From positions 13,578,001-13,642,000 of the forward strand of contig NC_043016.1 in the NCBI RefSeq assembly GCF_006345805.1: a DNA stretch of 64,000 bases, given 5' to 3'. Below the pieces are notes generated by a model. The model was not told where the DNA came from, ran no database searches, and was given only the letters and a program-made list of their open reading frames with translations. The translations under genes and the position numbers were made by a program. This DNA comes from Octopus sinensis. Taxonomy: Eukaryota. This document shows positions 62,952 through 64,000 of the stretch, piece after piece (position 1 is the stretch's first letter; the number at the start of each line of letters is the position of its first letter).

Positions 62952-63610
62952 CATCATCATTTAGTGTCCGCTTTCCATGCTAGCTTGGGTTGGACGGTTC
63001 AACTGGGGTCTGTGAAGCCAGAAGGCTGCATCAGGCCCAGTCTGATCTGGCAGTGTTTCTATGGCTGGATGCCCTTCCTAATGCCAACCACTCCATGAGT
63101 GTAGTGGGTGCTTTTTCGTGCCACCCGCACAGGTGCCAGACAGAGCTGGCAAACGGCCACAGACGGATGATGCTTTTTACGTGCCACCGGCAAAGGGGGC
63201 CAGGCGAAGCTGGCAACGACCACGATCGGATGGTGCTTTTTATGTGCCACCGGCACGGGGGCCAGGCAAGGCTGGCAATGGCCACGAACGGATGGTGCTT
63301 TTACGTCCCACCGGCACGGGGGCCAGGCGATGCTGGCAACGGCCACGAACGGATGGTGTTACGTGCCACTGGCACGGGGCCAGGCGAGGCTGGCAATGGC
63401 CACGAACGGATGTTGCCATTTACGTGCCACCAGCACGGAGGCCAGTCGAGGCGGCGCTGGCAACGGCCACGATCAGATTGTTCGCTTACTTGTCACCGGC
63501 ACTGGTATCACAGCTGCAATTTCCATTGATGTTGATCGACTTCGATTTTGGTTCTGCTTTCTGATATCTGATTTGATTTGGTTTAATTTTGATTTTGATT
63601 TTTGATTTGT
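62952..63610 (-). mobile_element. RTE 3' UTR insertion with 6-7 tandem units, flanked by a 160-bp direct repeat
   Basis: (CAT)n tail at 62952, (GATTT)n at ~63570-63610; flanks 62792-62951 and 63626-63785 differ at 3 positions. Confidence 0.9.
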
Positions 63611-64000
63611 ATATATTTTTGAATGTATAAATGGTGATTTCTGTCTGTCATCATCTTAGTGCCTAAATCAGTGAACCAATATTCACGAAACTTTGCATAC
63701 ATGTTACATTAAGATCCAGTTCAATAATAGGCTAATTAGATTTCAATAAAAATCTATAATGTGCCCTCCCAGGGGTATTAGGAATATTATATGATAAAAG
63801 GAGAAGATTGCAAAAAGTATTAGTTGGAGGGAAAGATAGCAGAGTGAGGGTAACTTTTATCAGTGGTGAGAACAGTGGTAACAATGGGATGTTAATGTTA
63901 ATACAGCTGTCATATACACTTGACGTTGTATACATACTTATGTAAATACATAAATACAACACATGCAGAAAGGTAGGTGTGAGGAATACGTAGCTTTAAG

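Noticed and set aside
63110-63520. CRISPR-like appearance of the ~60-bp repeats
   Set aside because: No unique spacers, degenerate units, no cas genes, eukaryotic context; it is a LINE 3' UTR minisatellite.
62990-63564. Recurrent MLAWVG.../LQLDALPNANH ORFs (also at 4297, 13749, 35016, 48014, 49214)
   Set aside because: Chance frames on the antisense or UTR of the RTE 3' end, not a gene family.

Overview
AT-rich, repeat-dense animal genomic DNA, very probably from an octopod cephalopod (Octopus-type SINEs, (GAT)n-tailed RTE 3' ends, many (TA)n/(CA)n/(ATGT)n microsatellites). Two divergently transcribed multi-exon genes can be assembled by hand from splice sites and phases. On the minus strand is a sirtuin-2 gene (4 coding exons, 27799->5111; MSGEST-SDNKDEANAEKNTGN-VDGPHPGST-SFWLRNLFENLSL...MAGAGLST), which probably continues left of the window. 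On the plus strand is an N-terminal PWWP-domain gene most like GLYR1/NP60 (5 coding exons, 41037->62017), which probably continues right of the window. The rest is mostly transposon debris: RTE, CR1 and R4-like LINEs, three SINE families, and mariner, Tc1, piggyBac and hAT elements. Almost all other ORFs in the supplied track are microsatellite or transposon artefacts. Most interesting observations: (1) about 8 sequence-distinct minimal hammerhead-ribozyme-like motifs of the Penelope type, one with an intact core and in the sense orientation of SIRT2 intron 1; (2) an RTE 3'-end insertion flanked by a 160-bp near-perfect direct duplication; (3) an RTE ORF2 carrying a C4HC3 PHD-like finger and a 3' UTR of tandem hairpin units; (4) a ~900-bp interrupted fold-back palindrome; (5) a CpG-decay gradient in SINE copies that may record gene-body methylation. 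All alignments and counts were done by eye and no database search was possible, so family names are from recall.
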